Part shown: piece after piece, positions 40,301 to 53,294 of the stretch
Layout: each line of letters begins with the position of its first letter
How positions within the stretch are numbered: the first letter of the stretch is position 1
Assembly (NCBI GenBank): GCA_951406725.2
Contig: OX597819.1
Coordinates: 116,064,001 to 116,128,000, forward strand
Direction: 5' to 3'
From: Octopus vulgaris
Taxonomy: Eukaryota
Length of the DNA: 64,000 nt
Made by a program: the position numbers and the translations under genes
Notes under the pieces: model-generated
Database searches by the model: none
Told to the model about the DNA's origin: nothing
Seen by the model: only the letters and a program-made list of their open reading frames with translations

Positions 40301-41620
40301 TATACCCACACACATGCACACACACACACATACGCACATACATGCACGCATGCACACGCGCACACCTACACGCATACACACACACACACGCACGTACACA
40401 TACATACATACACACACGCATACATACACCCATACACATACATGCATCCTACACACACATACATACACACTCACACATAAATACACACACACGCACTCAC
40501 TCACACACCTGTATGTTCGCGCACACACATGCACATACACACACTTCCCCACACCCACACGTACATACATACACACTCATACACATACACACACACACAC
40601 ACACACGGACATACATCTATGCACACACATATATACACACATACTCACATACATTCATCGGACACACTGCCACCCAGACATACACACAGACACACTCACA
40701 CATCCACACACACACATACGTACGCGCACACTCGCAGGCGCGCGCACACACGCGCTTGCGCCGGTTCGCGCACGCATGCGCGCCGCATGCACCTCGCCCT
40801 TGGACCCGACGAGACCTCCCGCCCGTTCCTGGGATGTCGCTTGTCGTTGGGTTTTCCCACGCCCGTCTCCGCGGGACCACTCTTCCATCTTCCCCTCCGC
40901 TGGAGTCCTTTTCCTAACACCCCCCTTTTTTTTTTCGTTATACACACGCGCACACATATACACACATTGCTTAAACATATACATTACTCTTACACACATT
41001 CAATCTACTCGCCACTAATACTACCACGACACTGGACACACACACACACTACTACTCAACACACGCTGGCACGCTACATACGCCCCCACCCCTTCCCCTC
41101 CCTCCCTTCCTCCTTCCTCCCTTTTCTTACTACTGACCTTTGTCTGCTATGCTGCTGCTATGCTGCTGCTATGCTGACCACCGTCTCGCCCTACCTCACA
41201 CGCCTACACACAGACGCACACACTAACACATACATATATTTTTTGTTTTTTTACCTCGCCTCACACACACACATACACACACGCACACGCACACACTCAC
41301 ACATACACACACATCTGTTGCGTTACCAACCTTGTCTCCACTCTTTTGCCTTTAAAAACCCACTTTGCTCTTGTTATCGTAAACATCCGCCTTTCACCAT
41401 GTGCTACTCCTAACACCAGTCGTTTTTTTCTCTATCTCCGTTGCCCGCTCCGGGATCTTTCTTTCCTCTCTCTTCCTTCTTTATGTTTCCGACGAAGAGC
41501 TCCGCTCGAAACGTCATACCTCCCTGCTTCCATTTCCTGAGCGCCTATTAATAATAATACTGTAATTGTTCCATTGTTGTTGTTTTTTTGTTTCCCGTTT
41601 GGATTAAAATTATACATATG
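37398..41620 (+). mobile_element. C-rich 5'-truncated PLE (RT C-terminal half + GIY-YIG) with ~2.7-kb CA-rich tail and terminal hammerhead
   Basis: YQQVSGVAMGTRMGPNFANLF, YGRYIDDC, NFLDI, SSHPFHTKRAIPYSQFLRLRRLCS; CSRSRCNTC linker and LIYCIKCNLCGMLYVGQTGRRLSDRFTEH in another frame; ends ~38590; degenerate (CA)n 38640-41310; linking the tail to the element is inferred. Confidence 0.85.
41482..41520 (+). ncRNA. Minimal type I hammerhead-like motif (PLE-type)
   Basis: CCGACGA-a-gagc-tcc-gctc-GAAAC-GTC; loopless palindromic stem III (ACGT); poor stem I. Confidence 0.6.
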
Positions 41621-42039
41621 TATATATATATTCATATACATATATATAATTATGTATGTTTATCTATCTATCTATATATATATATATATATAGTTATATA
41701 AACATATGTACAAATTTATATATATATATATAATTATACAAAAATATGTTTATATGTATATATATATACATACATACATACATACATATATATGTATGTA
41801 TGAATAATAACAAATTAATAATAAATCTCCTTGGATGGTACCAAATAGTTTATTTACACGCGCGCGCACACACCCACACACACACACATGAATATATATT
41901 CATATTTATTATTTTAAGGTAAATGTTGTATAATGCCGGAACGATGCGAGAAGATATGAAGTAAACTACAAAGACAAAAGCGAAAAGGAAAACATAGTTG
42001 CAGTATTACTTTAGACTTTATATTTCGCGTCTATGATAC

Positions 42040-42231
42040 CTTCTTTATGTCCTGTGGAGAAGTCAGGGATGGAAAAAGTCCTTGCTCAGATATCTGGGGA
42101 AGAAGGAAGAGGAAGAAGGAGGAAGGTGAAAGTCGACCAGCGCAGACTGGTGTTACTCGAGTAACCAAACTGCTGTATGTAATCACTTGCTGCTGTTTAT
42201 GTCTGGCCTCCATTTCTTCATATGGAGGGGG
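42040..42231 (-). other. Candidate coding exon (192 nt, phase 0-0) with PPPY motif
   Basis: Polypyrimidine...cacag|CCCCCTCCATATGAAGAA; open frame PPPYEEMEARHKQQQ...SPQDIKK; ends aag|gtatca. Confidence 0.35.
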
Positions 42232-42712
42232 CTGTGTCCAGATTGAAAAAAAATAAAGAAGCAAAATAGATGTTTCGCCAATTATTTCACGGCATTATTC
42301 TTAGTGGCTGTATTTATTAGAAAAAAACAGGTGCAAGGAGTTTTTTTTTATATTACAAAACTACTTCCGTTGCACTCCCAGCACAATTTGTCGGGAAATT
42401 TTAATTTTGGAGGTAAATTAAGATTTTTTTTATATTGTAGTGTAGTATTTGGGTAGTAAGATGTAACGCTTAGACATTGGTGGGTTGGCCATCTGGCGTC
42501 TTAGTGCATATGGAAGTGAAGGGTAGTTATAGGAACCTAAAACCTAGACCAAACGTTGGTTGAGTGAGATAGATTCTACCGTTAGTGTCAATGAAGACGA
42601 AAGCAGGTAAGTGCTGTCCATAGCAAAGTGAAGTAATAAATTTAACAAATCAAGAATAGGGTAGCTTATGTAAGCTCATTAATGATTTTGATAAGATGTA
42701 CATTGACTTTAA

Positions 42713-43093
42713 CATTCTTTTCTACTCTAGGCACAAAGCCTGAAATTTTGGGGTAGGGGGCCAGTCAATAAGATCGACTTTATAACGCAACTGGTACATA
42801 ATTTATCGACCCCGAAAGGATGAGATGCAAAGTCGACCTCACAGCGTAAAGAGAGACGAAATATTTCTTTACTACCCACAAGGGGCTAAACACAGAGAGG
42901 ACAAACAAAGACAGACAAACGGATTAAGTCAATTATATCGACCCCAGTGCGTAGCTGGTACTTAGTTTATCGACCCCCAAAGGATGAAAGGCAAAGTCGA
43001 CCTCGGCGGAATTTGAACTCAGAACGTAACGACAGATGAAATACGGCTATGCATTTCATCCGGCGTACTAACGTTTCTTCCAGCTCATTGCTT
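42713..43093 (-). mobile_element. Two nested Meta-like tRNA-SINEs with different tails
   Basis: Tail ttctttt ctactctaggcacaaa + core, then second copy with tail tttctttactacccacaagggg, core and head. Confidence 0.85.
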
Positions 43094-43560
43094 TACATTG
43101 ACTTTAATATTAAGGCATGTATAAGTAAACATATAAAGAGAAAATTATGAATATTTCAAATGTAATATTTATTACATCATTAAATGAAATATAATTATGT
43201 AAATTTCGAAAATTATTAACACACCCACACACACCTGTTAAACGTTTATAAGCAGTGATAACGTTATAAATTACTGATTTCTAACAATCAAATTAAATCA
43301 GTATTAACGCTCTTAAGTTAATTAATAATTGAAGTAATTAAGTGAAGGCTAATGTTCTTGATTAGATACAGGAATACAGAAAACTTGTAAGGGCTCTTGA
43401 CTGAAGGAGATTTTGAAATTAATGACTACAATGAATGTTGTTAAGGTTAGGGGATAACAGATGAGGGGTGCACTCAGAAAAAAGGGATGGAAGAAATAAA
43501 GAGCACTGTGTAGTTGTGAAAAAAAATTAGTAGTCTATCGCAAGAATACTACCCAGATAA

Positions 43561-43780
43561 AGGCGGCGAACTGGCAGAATCGTTAGCACGCCGGGCCGAA
43601 ATGCTAAGCGGTATTTCGTCTGTCTTTATGTTCTGAGTTCAAATTCTGCCGAGGTCGACTTTACCATTCATCGTTTCGGGGTCGATAAATTAAGTAGTAG
43701 TAGTTGCGTACTGGGGTTGATCTAATCGATTAGCACCCTCCCCCAAAATGTCGGGCCTTGTGCCTAGAGTAGAAAAGAAA
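43561..43780 (+). mobile_element. Full-length Meta-like tRNA-SINE
   Basis: aggcggcgaactggcagaatcgttagcacgccggg head, gagttcaaattc B box, ttcatc.tttcggggtcgataaattaagta core, tail tgcctagagtagaaaagaa; flanks tacccagata repeated on both sides (TSD-like). Confidence 0.88.
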
Positions 43781-44107
43781 AAAACAGTACCCAGATATGT
43801 AAATTTTAGAAGTTATTAGATTGTCCTCGACGTGTAGTCTTAATTTGCTTTTTAGCTTGAGTATAATCGAATGTGCTGCGCAGTGGTATGAACACTAACA
43901 CTACCAATTTCTAAACCGCGCAGCAATGTCTGCATTCGTATTGTAATGGCATTAAACAAAATTTTAATCAAACACAAATGAATATCTCATTTGTTTATCA
44001 CGAACTTACAAAGTCATCACGAACTTACAAAGTTAGAGTCCTACAACCTGCTTGTCTATTACATAGACAACCGCTGTATTTATAATCTGCATCATTCTAG
44101 TCATTCA

Positions 44108-44600
44108 CTTTGATCATGGCTGGATCATGGCTAGAACTTGATCATGGCTGGATCTTGATCATGGCTGGATCTTGATCATGGCTGTTAGAAAACAGTTACT
44201 AGTTAACCTAATAATTACAGTGGCTAGTAGAAACAGAAAAGAACCTAGGCATGTCCTGGACCAGCTTTGGAAATACAGTTGATAGAATTTCACTCTCTTA
44301 GATACTGGAGATAATCTACATATAACCACCCCGTTATGAAAAATTACATTAGGCATGCCCCACAATGAACGTTTCCTGTTACTTTTGTGTACAGCACATC
44401 ACCAGCGAGTGAAAAATACGTAAACACATAATAAGTAAGGGATAAAATACCAAAAGACGTCTAACCCCTCCTCAGTTGTCGACTGTTAATTACTCCTTTC
44501 TTCGAGCTTATGTTTCAATCTAGTTGCTAGGTATAACAGTACAAAAATATCGAGCTTATGTTTCAATCTAGTTGCTAGGTATAACAGTACAAAAATATCA
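44108..44600 (+). repeat. Short tandem repeats: tgatcatggctgg/aga ~18-mer array (44110-44182) and 49-bp duplication (44502-44598)
   Basis: Direct inspection. Confidence 0.8.
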
Positions 44601-44982
44601 CTACAAAAGGAAAAAAAATAGATGAACTAATGCTCATCACGAGAGGAAATCTTTCTGAAGGACTCGCTTCACCCACAACCTTTTTTTTTTCTTGATCTGA
44701 AGTCGTTACCAAATTTGTTGAACAGAGTCAATGATGATATTACATCTAAACAGCAAACATAGATATATACACATATAACTGTGCATACATATGTATATGC
44801 ATATTTATGTGTACATATATACACATATGCATGTACATAACTGCATATCCATGGGTATATATATATATATATATATATAAATTAGAAAAAAAAACCTTTT
44901 ATCAATTCAAAATGATCAATTAAATTACACTAACAATGATATACCGAAGATTAAGTAAATCGCAAAAAAATATAATAAAAAC

Positions 44983-45025
<43 letters not shown>

Positions 45026-45506
45026 CACACACACATATATATATAGGAAGAAAGAAGGAATTAAAGATTCGAGGCGAATAAGTAATAAGCACTTTGGATG
45101 GTAGCAAAATATTTCCGTTGGACAATTTCCAGTTTGAATACCTGGTAAAATGATGTATAAAATCATCCAATATATTAGAAAGAAAATGCGATTGTTTGGA
45201 ATACGTATTTAGAAATAAGCCTTTTCGTAAATTCGATAAATAGAATAGATACAAAATAAAAGTTACTTCAATACATCGTCTCTGTCAGAGTTCATATTCT
45301 TTAAGGCTTCAAAATAGTTTGATGAGCAAAAGCAAATAAAAGCGAGAGAGAAAGAGAGAGAGAGATAGAGAGACACAACACGAACATTAGATTTGTAGCC
45401 TTGGCGCCAGATTGTAAGCTAAGAAAATATTAACCTCTTTATGTTATATGTAAACGTTCAGGTAAGATAATATTACGGACAATACTAGTTGCTGCAATTA
45501 TCTCAC

Positions 45507-45674
45507 CGTCTCTCTTTCTACGACGCCGAACATTTCCTTGCAATGAAATATTCTTTTTCAGTAAAATCGTTTGTCCGCCAGACAGACACTCTGTCGTGTA
45601 TTGCTCTCCTCGGAGCCTCGTAAGATCCACAAAAGAATATTTTAACGCTTCCATTTCATTGCTGATGTTACATA
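45507..45674 (-). other. Candidate coding exon (168 nt, phase 1-1) ending in a furin-like RRRRKR site
   Basis: ttttgcag| acceptor and |gtgaga donor; open frame xCNISNEMEALKYSFVDLTRLRGEQYTTECLSGGQTILLKKNISLQGNVRRRRKRD. Confidence 0.5.
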
Positions 45675-47350
45675 CTGCAAAACATGACTATGTCTTGTGA
45701 CAATTTCCAATAAACTTTCATTGACGCGGGTGCCACCTTCTCATTTATATTCAATATAATATTAATACTGTATTCCATCAGCAACTACTTCGTCTTATTT
45801 AAGCGTAAACAAAATTCATTTGATAAGATTTACTTCCATACTTTCCCTCATCCACTTGATAGCAATAATTTATTTCGTCTCAACATTGTAGACTGTTGCA
45901 ATAGAAGAGTAAGCTAAAATGTAACTTGTCATATTACGAGAAAATACTAACAGTCTGGAGTTGTCAAGTACAATTAAAAAAATGTTTCCTCAACACAGAA
46001 TAAAAGTGATATCTGGACTATTAACAACTTAAACTCCTCGGGTGTCGTCAGTCATTGTTAAGTTGTGAATAATATTGTAAAGGGATATGAAGTTGTAAAT
46101 TTAAAAAAAAAATCAAATGTGAATAAAAAAATTAACTGTTATTTAACTGTATATTTATATAAATATACACAGGTATTCCATAAAATATCGTTTATGTCTA
46201 TTTTAACTTGAAAAGGTTTATATTTTTTATTAATTCACATTTTTATGTTTCAGGTCCTATATGTGACTGTTTAATCATGCTACGGATTTCAAAGAGATCG
46301 TACTGAGGGTCAATCTGAAGGGGAACTTTTCTGCGTAAAATTGCAGAAAACCTTGGGGTTCCGCTTTCAACAGATAATAGAGTCATTGTGCAATTTACCA
46401 GAGAGTGGAAGGAGTCCATTTCATCTCGCTCAGGTAGATCAGGGGCCTTCATTTTGTTAAGAGAAGTGTGGAGAATAATTTTCGTTGCAAGGCCTCTCAC
46501 CATTACCATAGCTAGAGAATGTTCCACACTATCATCTCTTGAAACTTAGATAAGGAAATACCACCTATCATACGAACCGTCGATGGTAAGTTAAATTTTA
46601 TCAGTCTCTGAGATTTTTCTGATGTATGTCATTCAACTGTATGATGGTCCCAGCTCTCAAAATTCTGCCGATGCATTCTTTTCTAGATAAGACTTAGCAT
46701 CCAGAATCAATATAATTCGCTAACTCACTTCAAGCTCCATATACTCTTTATTTACATATTGCAATTTGCAATACTTGCAATACTTGCTCTTAGTGGTTAC
46801 AGTGAGGAAAGTTTTGAATTTCATTCATTCGGTTTCCGATTTGAATCTTGTATTTCGTCCACAGTAATACGATTTCCCTTCATTCTTTTTTCCACTTTAT
46901 TCATTGGTCTTATTGTTGGCAATGTAGAGTGTGTTCAGAATATCGTTTTATTATGGTATTCTGTAAAATATTTATGGGACATTTTATAGCATTTTTCACA
47001 ATTTCTATTACTGCATATCCTTTCTTCGTGCAAGTTGTCTCACTCTTCAACCTCTGTTTTCTATATCGTGGCTCCTACAAAGCCAGAAACGTGATTTTAA
47101 TTACTTCTATTCATGTTTTGCAGTTATTTGTTTCTCATTGTTCTTTACTAAATATTTTCATAGTTCTATGGTGGATATTTCAAAAAATATTTCTGTTGCA
47201 TTAAGACCGTGTCCTCATTATATTCGTGATAATTTTTATACAACAGATTCAGGTTGTATATTCTAAATATAGAAAATATTGCTATTGTTGCTTTGTTTTC
47301 TAGCCATATTTATTCCTTTAGCATTCATCTAAGAATATTATATATATTCA

Positions 47351-47829
47351 AAGGCGGCGAGCTGGCAGAAACATTAGCACGCCGGGCGAAATGCGTAGGC
47401 GCATTTCGTCTGCCGTCACGTTCTCAGTTCAAACTCCGCCGACTCAATTTTGCCTTTCATCCTTTCGGGTTCGATAAATTTAGTACCTATTTCTTTATTA
47501 CCCACAAGGGGCTAAACACAGAGGGGACAAACAAGGACAGACATAGGTATTAAGTCGATTACATCGACCCCAGTGCGTAACTGGTACTTAATTTATCGAC
47601 CCCGAAAGGATGAAAGGCAAAGTCGACCTCGGCGTAATTTGAACTCACAACGTAACGCAGACGAAATACCGCTAAGCATTTCGCCCGGCGTGCTAACGTT
47701 TCTGCCAGCTCGCCGCCTTATAAATTAAGTACCATTTACACATTGGGGTCGATGTAATCGACTTAATCTTTTTGTCTGTCCTTGTTTGTCCCCTCTATGT
47801 TTAGCCCCTTGTGGGCAATAAAGAAATAA
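47351..47829. mobile_element. Meta-like SINE (+) interrupted by an antisense copy of the same family (47488-47719) with ~13-bp TSD
   Basis: TSD taaatt(t/a)agtacc at ~47475 and ~47720; host head 47351-47487 and host tail 47733-47829. Confidence 0.88.
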
Positions 47830-48657
47830 AATATAAATATTCATTGCCGTACCAGCTTTAGTTTTCTTCTTTTTTTTTTTTACATATAATTCGTTTGAGA
47901 ATTAATTAAATGCGTCTATGATATTTCTTTGTACTAGGCTTATGATGTGGATCTTGTATTACTTTTGTACGCTCTTCTAAGATCGCGTTGGAATATTCTA
48001 TGTTTAATTTAAGTATGTAATTAGTATTTAAGTGTTACTTCATTTAAACATTTCGCTTAATATCATGATATCAGTATGTGTATGAGGAGCATGAATATAC
48101 GGCTATTTTCTAAGCCTTTTCTTCAGTGAGGCAGAGGACGACGCCTATCACTTACTCTCTTTAGTTTCTCACACACCATATTGACCTAGACACATCTTTC
48201 AAACATTTCTATGCTCTCTCAGGACGGACTGTCAACCTTTCAGTTATTTTTATTACCAAATCTTTAAATTCAGAGCCTTCTTTGTTTTCCTTTCTTTTCT
48301 AATCTGCTGGTAGGCAGGGAAAATTTCCGCTTTCAAGGTAGCGTTTATTTTGTTGACTGAAATCAATGTCAAGTGTTTGTTCCAGACACTTTTTTTTTTG
48401 AATGACATTGATCTCATTAACACTGAGGTTGCCGCTTTTGTATTTTTTATCGGTTTTCGTTGATTTTGTTATGGCTGCTGCTGCCGCTGTTTTATTTTGG
48501 TTTTGACATTCACAGTTTTTTTGGTGCCATAGGACTTCTTGTAGCGTTAGGTGCTGTGTGATAGTTGAAATTTAACATGTTCTCCAACCCCCTTGCAGAC
48601 TGGAATACTATTAAACCCTTTCATCTCTTCTGTGTGGTTCTTTAACATTTGCTTGAC

Positions 48658-48734
<77 letters not shown>

Positions 48735-49431
48735 TTCCTTTTTTTCTTATGTCGCTGTCACTTCAACGTTATTATGAAACGAATAGTAACCATTCATTTT
48801 CGTGAAAGCAAAATGTCCCTTTAACAAAAATGATATTCACTCAATAATATTTCCTTCAGACTGGGAAAAATATTACAGAAATGAAAAACTTACTATCTTC
48901 GATTCTATAAAAATAAATAAAGGCACAATAGCGTTCAATAAGAAATAACTGAATCTTAACAAAATACTGAGAACCGACATTTAGCCCACGAATGCCAATA
49001 ATAATGATTAGGATAATGATGATATGATGATGATGATGATAATGATGATGATGATGATGATGATGATGTTAATGTTGACTATAATAATAATCGAATTAGC
49101 CGTGATGATGATGATGATGATGATAAGGATAATAATGATAATAATAATAATAACAGTAGTCAGTAACAATAATCATTAATTGTACTTGCAGCAATAAGAA
49201 TAAGAACATTAATAAAAGTAATCACAGTAAAATTTAATATATGAATAGGAGTTAAATTTTACAAGTGTTAGTTGATTACATTGGCCGTAGTATATAGCAG
49301 GTACTAATTAAGTTCTGACCGCCCAGGAATCAAAGGTAAATTCGACTCAACCAGAATTTGAACTAAAATATACCAGTTTGCTCCTGCTGCTACTGCTACT
49401 GCAACTTCCCCTGCTGCTACTGTTACTGCTG

Positions 49432-49491
<60 letters not shown>

Positions 49492-50052
49492 GTGCTACTA
49501 CTGCTACATTCCATACTGCAGAAACTATTAGTTCTGATAGTAGAGTGAGGATGTATCAATATATTTCGATTTATTCTCTGGGAATTATCACTTGGTTTGC
49601 AGTATGTATTGACCATGTTTCTTCGATGTACACAATTTAAGGATATGAATGGTGTAGCAATGTTCATGTATGTGTTACTATTTTCGAATAAATTTATCCA
49701 TTTTAGTTGATATGTTATTTTCTTTTACTTGTAGTAAATGTTTAACCTCATGATCAAAATGATTCCTCATTCTTTAACATGTAAAGTGTATAAAGATTTC
49801 ATTCAAAATATCTTTCTTTCTGTAGGAAGGTTGTGATATGATGGAGTTTACGCTGATCTGTCTTGCACTTTGCTCGATTGAGTAGACTTTCCTTGATGAC
49901 TTTTGAATGACGTTTTTATCTCTATATGAAAATGGCCAATAGAGATTATGTTGGTTGGTCGGTTGGCTGGTTAATTTCGCAGGAGAGGCTTTACATCGAA
50001 CAGTGAAAGAGGGAGGCTAAAAAGGGTACAGAGAAATAGAGAGAGAGAAAGC

Positions 50053-50089
<37 letters not shown>

Positions 50090-50149
50090 AAAGAAGAGTA
50101 AGTAATATCGAACGAGTGCACTTCTGAGGCTTGGTGACAGGCAGAGAGT

Positions 50150-51480
50150 GAAAAATACAGCACACGCGCGCGCATACACACATAATTTAAGAGAAAAAGC
50201 AATAAGAACTGAGGAAGAAGGGGTGGGGACACATACAACACACACGCACGCACACACACAACACACATACGTGCACAGACATAAGTACACACACACGCAC
50301 ACACAGTAGCACACATACGTACAAACACACGTACATAAATACACAATATGCATACACACACGCACACACACGCATGGACGCACATATACTTCCACACATA
50401 AAACCCTCCACAGACATACAGCACACATATACATGCACAAATATACATACACACACACATACATACATCTCTACAGTTGCATGTACATACACACAAATGT
50501 CCCCACACTCAAACACGAACACACACACAAACATATATACAGGGAGAGAGAGACAGAGACAGAGATTAACAGAGAGAGAGAGAGTGGGACACGCGCACCA
50601 ATACACATGTTCACATATACATACACACAATCCCACTGCCTTTACGTTTACATGCCAAGACACACACAGACACACATATATGCACACCTAGCCATTCACA
50701 CACTCTTTAGACAGCTTCAGACTATATCTTAGACACCCTTCAAACTGCTCCGACTAACTACTGACCATCACATCTACGAACACGTGCGAAAACACGTATA
50801 AACACACACACACACACTGCTACAACAACCCATACACATACCTATCACAGTAGCTGCTGATCTATCACTACGAGATTAACACACACACACAGACCATTCA
50901 CACAAAAGAAAAACATGTAAGCATTTAATACCATACACACACACACAGTTACCATCACACGCACACACACACAGTTACCATCACACAGACACATGCACAC
51001 ACACACACACTCAGTTATTGCCACGCACACACGCTACCATGCACGCACGCTATATAAGTCATTTACACATGCCACCACCACACGCGCACACGCTGCCACC
51101 ACTCACACACGCACACACTATCACAAGTGCACATGCCACCACACACACACACACGCTCGCACGCGCGCACACATACACGCGCGCACACATACACGCGCGC
51201 ACACACATACACAGAGATACCAACCATTTTTCACACTCTCCTGTCCCAGAAAGCACTTTCCCTTTGACCATCTACTTCCAGTCATTTCAAAAATGTTACT
51301 ATACATGGACTCTTGGCGATTTTTTCTCGCCTTCTATGTCTCCTCTTTCCGAAGAAGAGCTATTTTCAAAATCGAAAACAACCATTCTTTCTTTCCTTCT
51401 CTGAGCGTCTCATTAATACTTTGCATGTACTACGTCCTTGCATTGTGATTGTTTCTTGTATTTTTTAAAATTAATTATAC
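50150..51480 (+). mobile_element. CA-rich PLE tail/pLTR-like element with decayed hammerhead (51345-51380)
   Basis: Degenerate (CA)n, then ccgaagaagagc-tat-tttc-aaaa and ctgagcgtctcattaatact...ttaattatac, paralleling 41480-41620. Confidence 0.5.
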
Positions 51481-51485
51481 ATATA

Positions 51486-53092
51486 TACTTCCTGTCCCAG
51501 GTAGACATATTCCCTCACCTCCTCTATTTCATCACTGCCGATCACCATTCGACCTGTTGGTACATTGTCTGACCGCATGAACTTTGTTTTCATGCGGTTC
51601 ATCTTGAGACCTACTGCAGAACTTTTGATGTCAAGCTCCGTCAGCATGGTCTGAAGCTGATCCATGTTTTCAGCGATGAGTACGATGTCGTCAGCGAAAC
51701 GGAGGTGAGTGAGGAGCTCGCCATTGATGTTGACACCACGTTGCCAGTCGATGCCTCTGATGATCTGTTCGAGACATGCAGTGAAAAGTTTTGGGGAGAT
51801 TGTATCTCCTTGCTTCACCTTCTCGACCGGCACTCGTATGGGTGCTGACAGTAGAGCTATGTCGGTGGTGCATCCGGAATTTGCCTCTCTGAGCAGCTGC
51901 ACATATTGCGCTTCGATTCTTTGCCTCTGCAGCGAGTTCAGCACTGCGTTGGTTTCGACGCTATCGAAGGCCTTCTCATAATCTATAAACGCAACGCAAA
52001 GAGGCAGCTTGTACTCATTTGCTCGCTCAAGCAGTTGCGTTAGAGTAAATATAGGAGACGACATAGACGATGACTACAACTCACTGATAGGGAAACTGAA
52101 GGAGTGTTTAAGGAAGGCTAAGAGAGTATGCCCAAGAGAAAAGAAGGGAAGAATCTCGGAAGAAACTACGAAGTTACTCGAGAAGAGGAAAAATATGAAG
52201 AGGACTATTGAAGATCATCTTGAATATTTCATTCTCAGCAGAATGATTCGTCAGCAACTAAAGAAAGACTTTGAGGCCTACCAGATGGAGAAGCTCTTGA
52301 AGGCCGCAGAGGAAAAGAAGAGCCCCAAGAAATGCAAGAGGGACATGGTACTATATAGATCGGAGGTGACGGCCCTGAAAAATACAGATAGAATACCGGT
52401 CAACGAGAAGAGCGAGATGGAAAAAGTTTGTGAAGACTTCTACATCAAGCTCTTTAAGTCTACCAGAAATGTCCAGCCGTTACCACCACTCCAACAGGAA
52501 GAAAACGTCTACCTGGGACAGGAAGTAAATATGTGCCGGGATATCAAGAAGGAGATCTCACGGAGAGTAAGGGCCAGATGGAAGGCGTTCAATGGCATAA
52601 GGGATGTGCTCAAGGGAAGGTTGGACAGGACCACCCGCGCCAACCTCATTAACAGTGCAGTTCTGCCTGCAATGTTATATGGTATTGAAACATGGGCTAC
52701 CACAAAGAGAGAAGAGCAAAGACTGGTAACGGCTCAAAGAGCCATGAAAAGGTCAATGCTTGGTATCTCGTTGAGAGAGCACATAAGTAGCAAGATCATC
52801 AGAAAGAAGCCCGGCGTGAGAGATGTCATCGCAGAGTATACACGCAGCAAGTATAGATGGGCTGGACACGTCGTCCGGCTCACCGACAATCGGTGGACGC
52901 ACGCAGTTGTCGAGTGGTACTCGCGTGAGCGGAAAAGACCACCCGGAAGGCCTCCACGACGGTGGAGTTACGATTTCAGGAGGACGATTGGGATCACGTG
53001 GATGAGAAACGCACGATCCAGAGAGGAGTGGACAGCGTGCTGTGACCAGCGGTGTCAAATGGACGCCTGACGGACTGGTCGGTCAAGGTGAT
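51486..53092. mobile_element. RTE-clade LINE insertion with 5' inversion (three segments), 10-bp TSD atatatactt
   Basis: Minus 51486-52052: IFTL..FIDYEKAFDSVE..QGDTISPKLF..LRFADDIVL..YVYLGQEV; plus 52053-52506 pre-RT region; plus 52507-53070 VYLGQEV..LYGIETW..RWAGHV..RPPGRPPRRW; TSD 51481-51490 / 53093-53102. Confidence 0.92.
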
Positions 53093-53239
53093 ATATATAC
53101 TTAGTTCGATTTGAAACCCCTACTAGAATGGGAGAAAGCGCTAATACATGATCTAAGTTATAAGATGTATAAAAACATGTAATATACAAATAAATATCTG
53201 TAAATATAAAAGCATCTGAATTTCTGAGTACCTCATTTC

Positions 53240-53294
<55 letters not shown>

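Noticed and set aside
38587-41413. Long His/Thr-rich ORFs (up to 441 aa)
   Set aside because: Translations of degenerate (CA)n that are open in several frames; no coding signal
46243-46527. 94-aa minus-strand ORF as a host exon
   Set aside because: No recognisable domain and no convincing compatible splice pair
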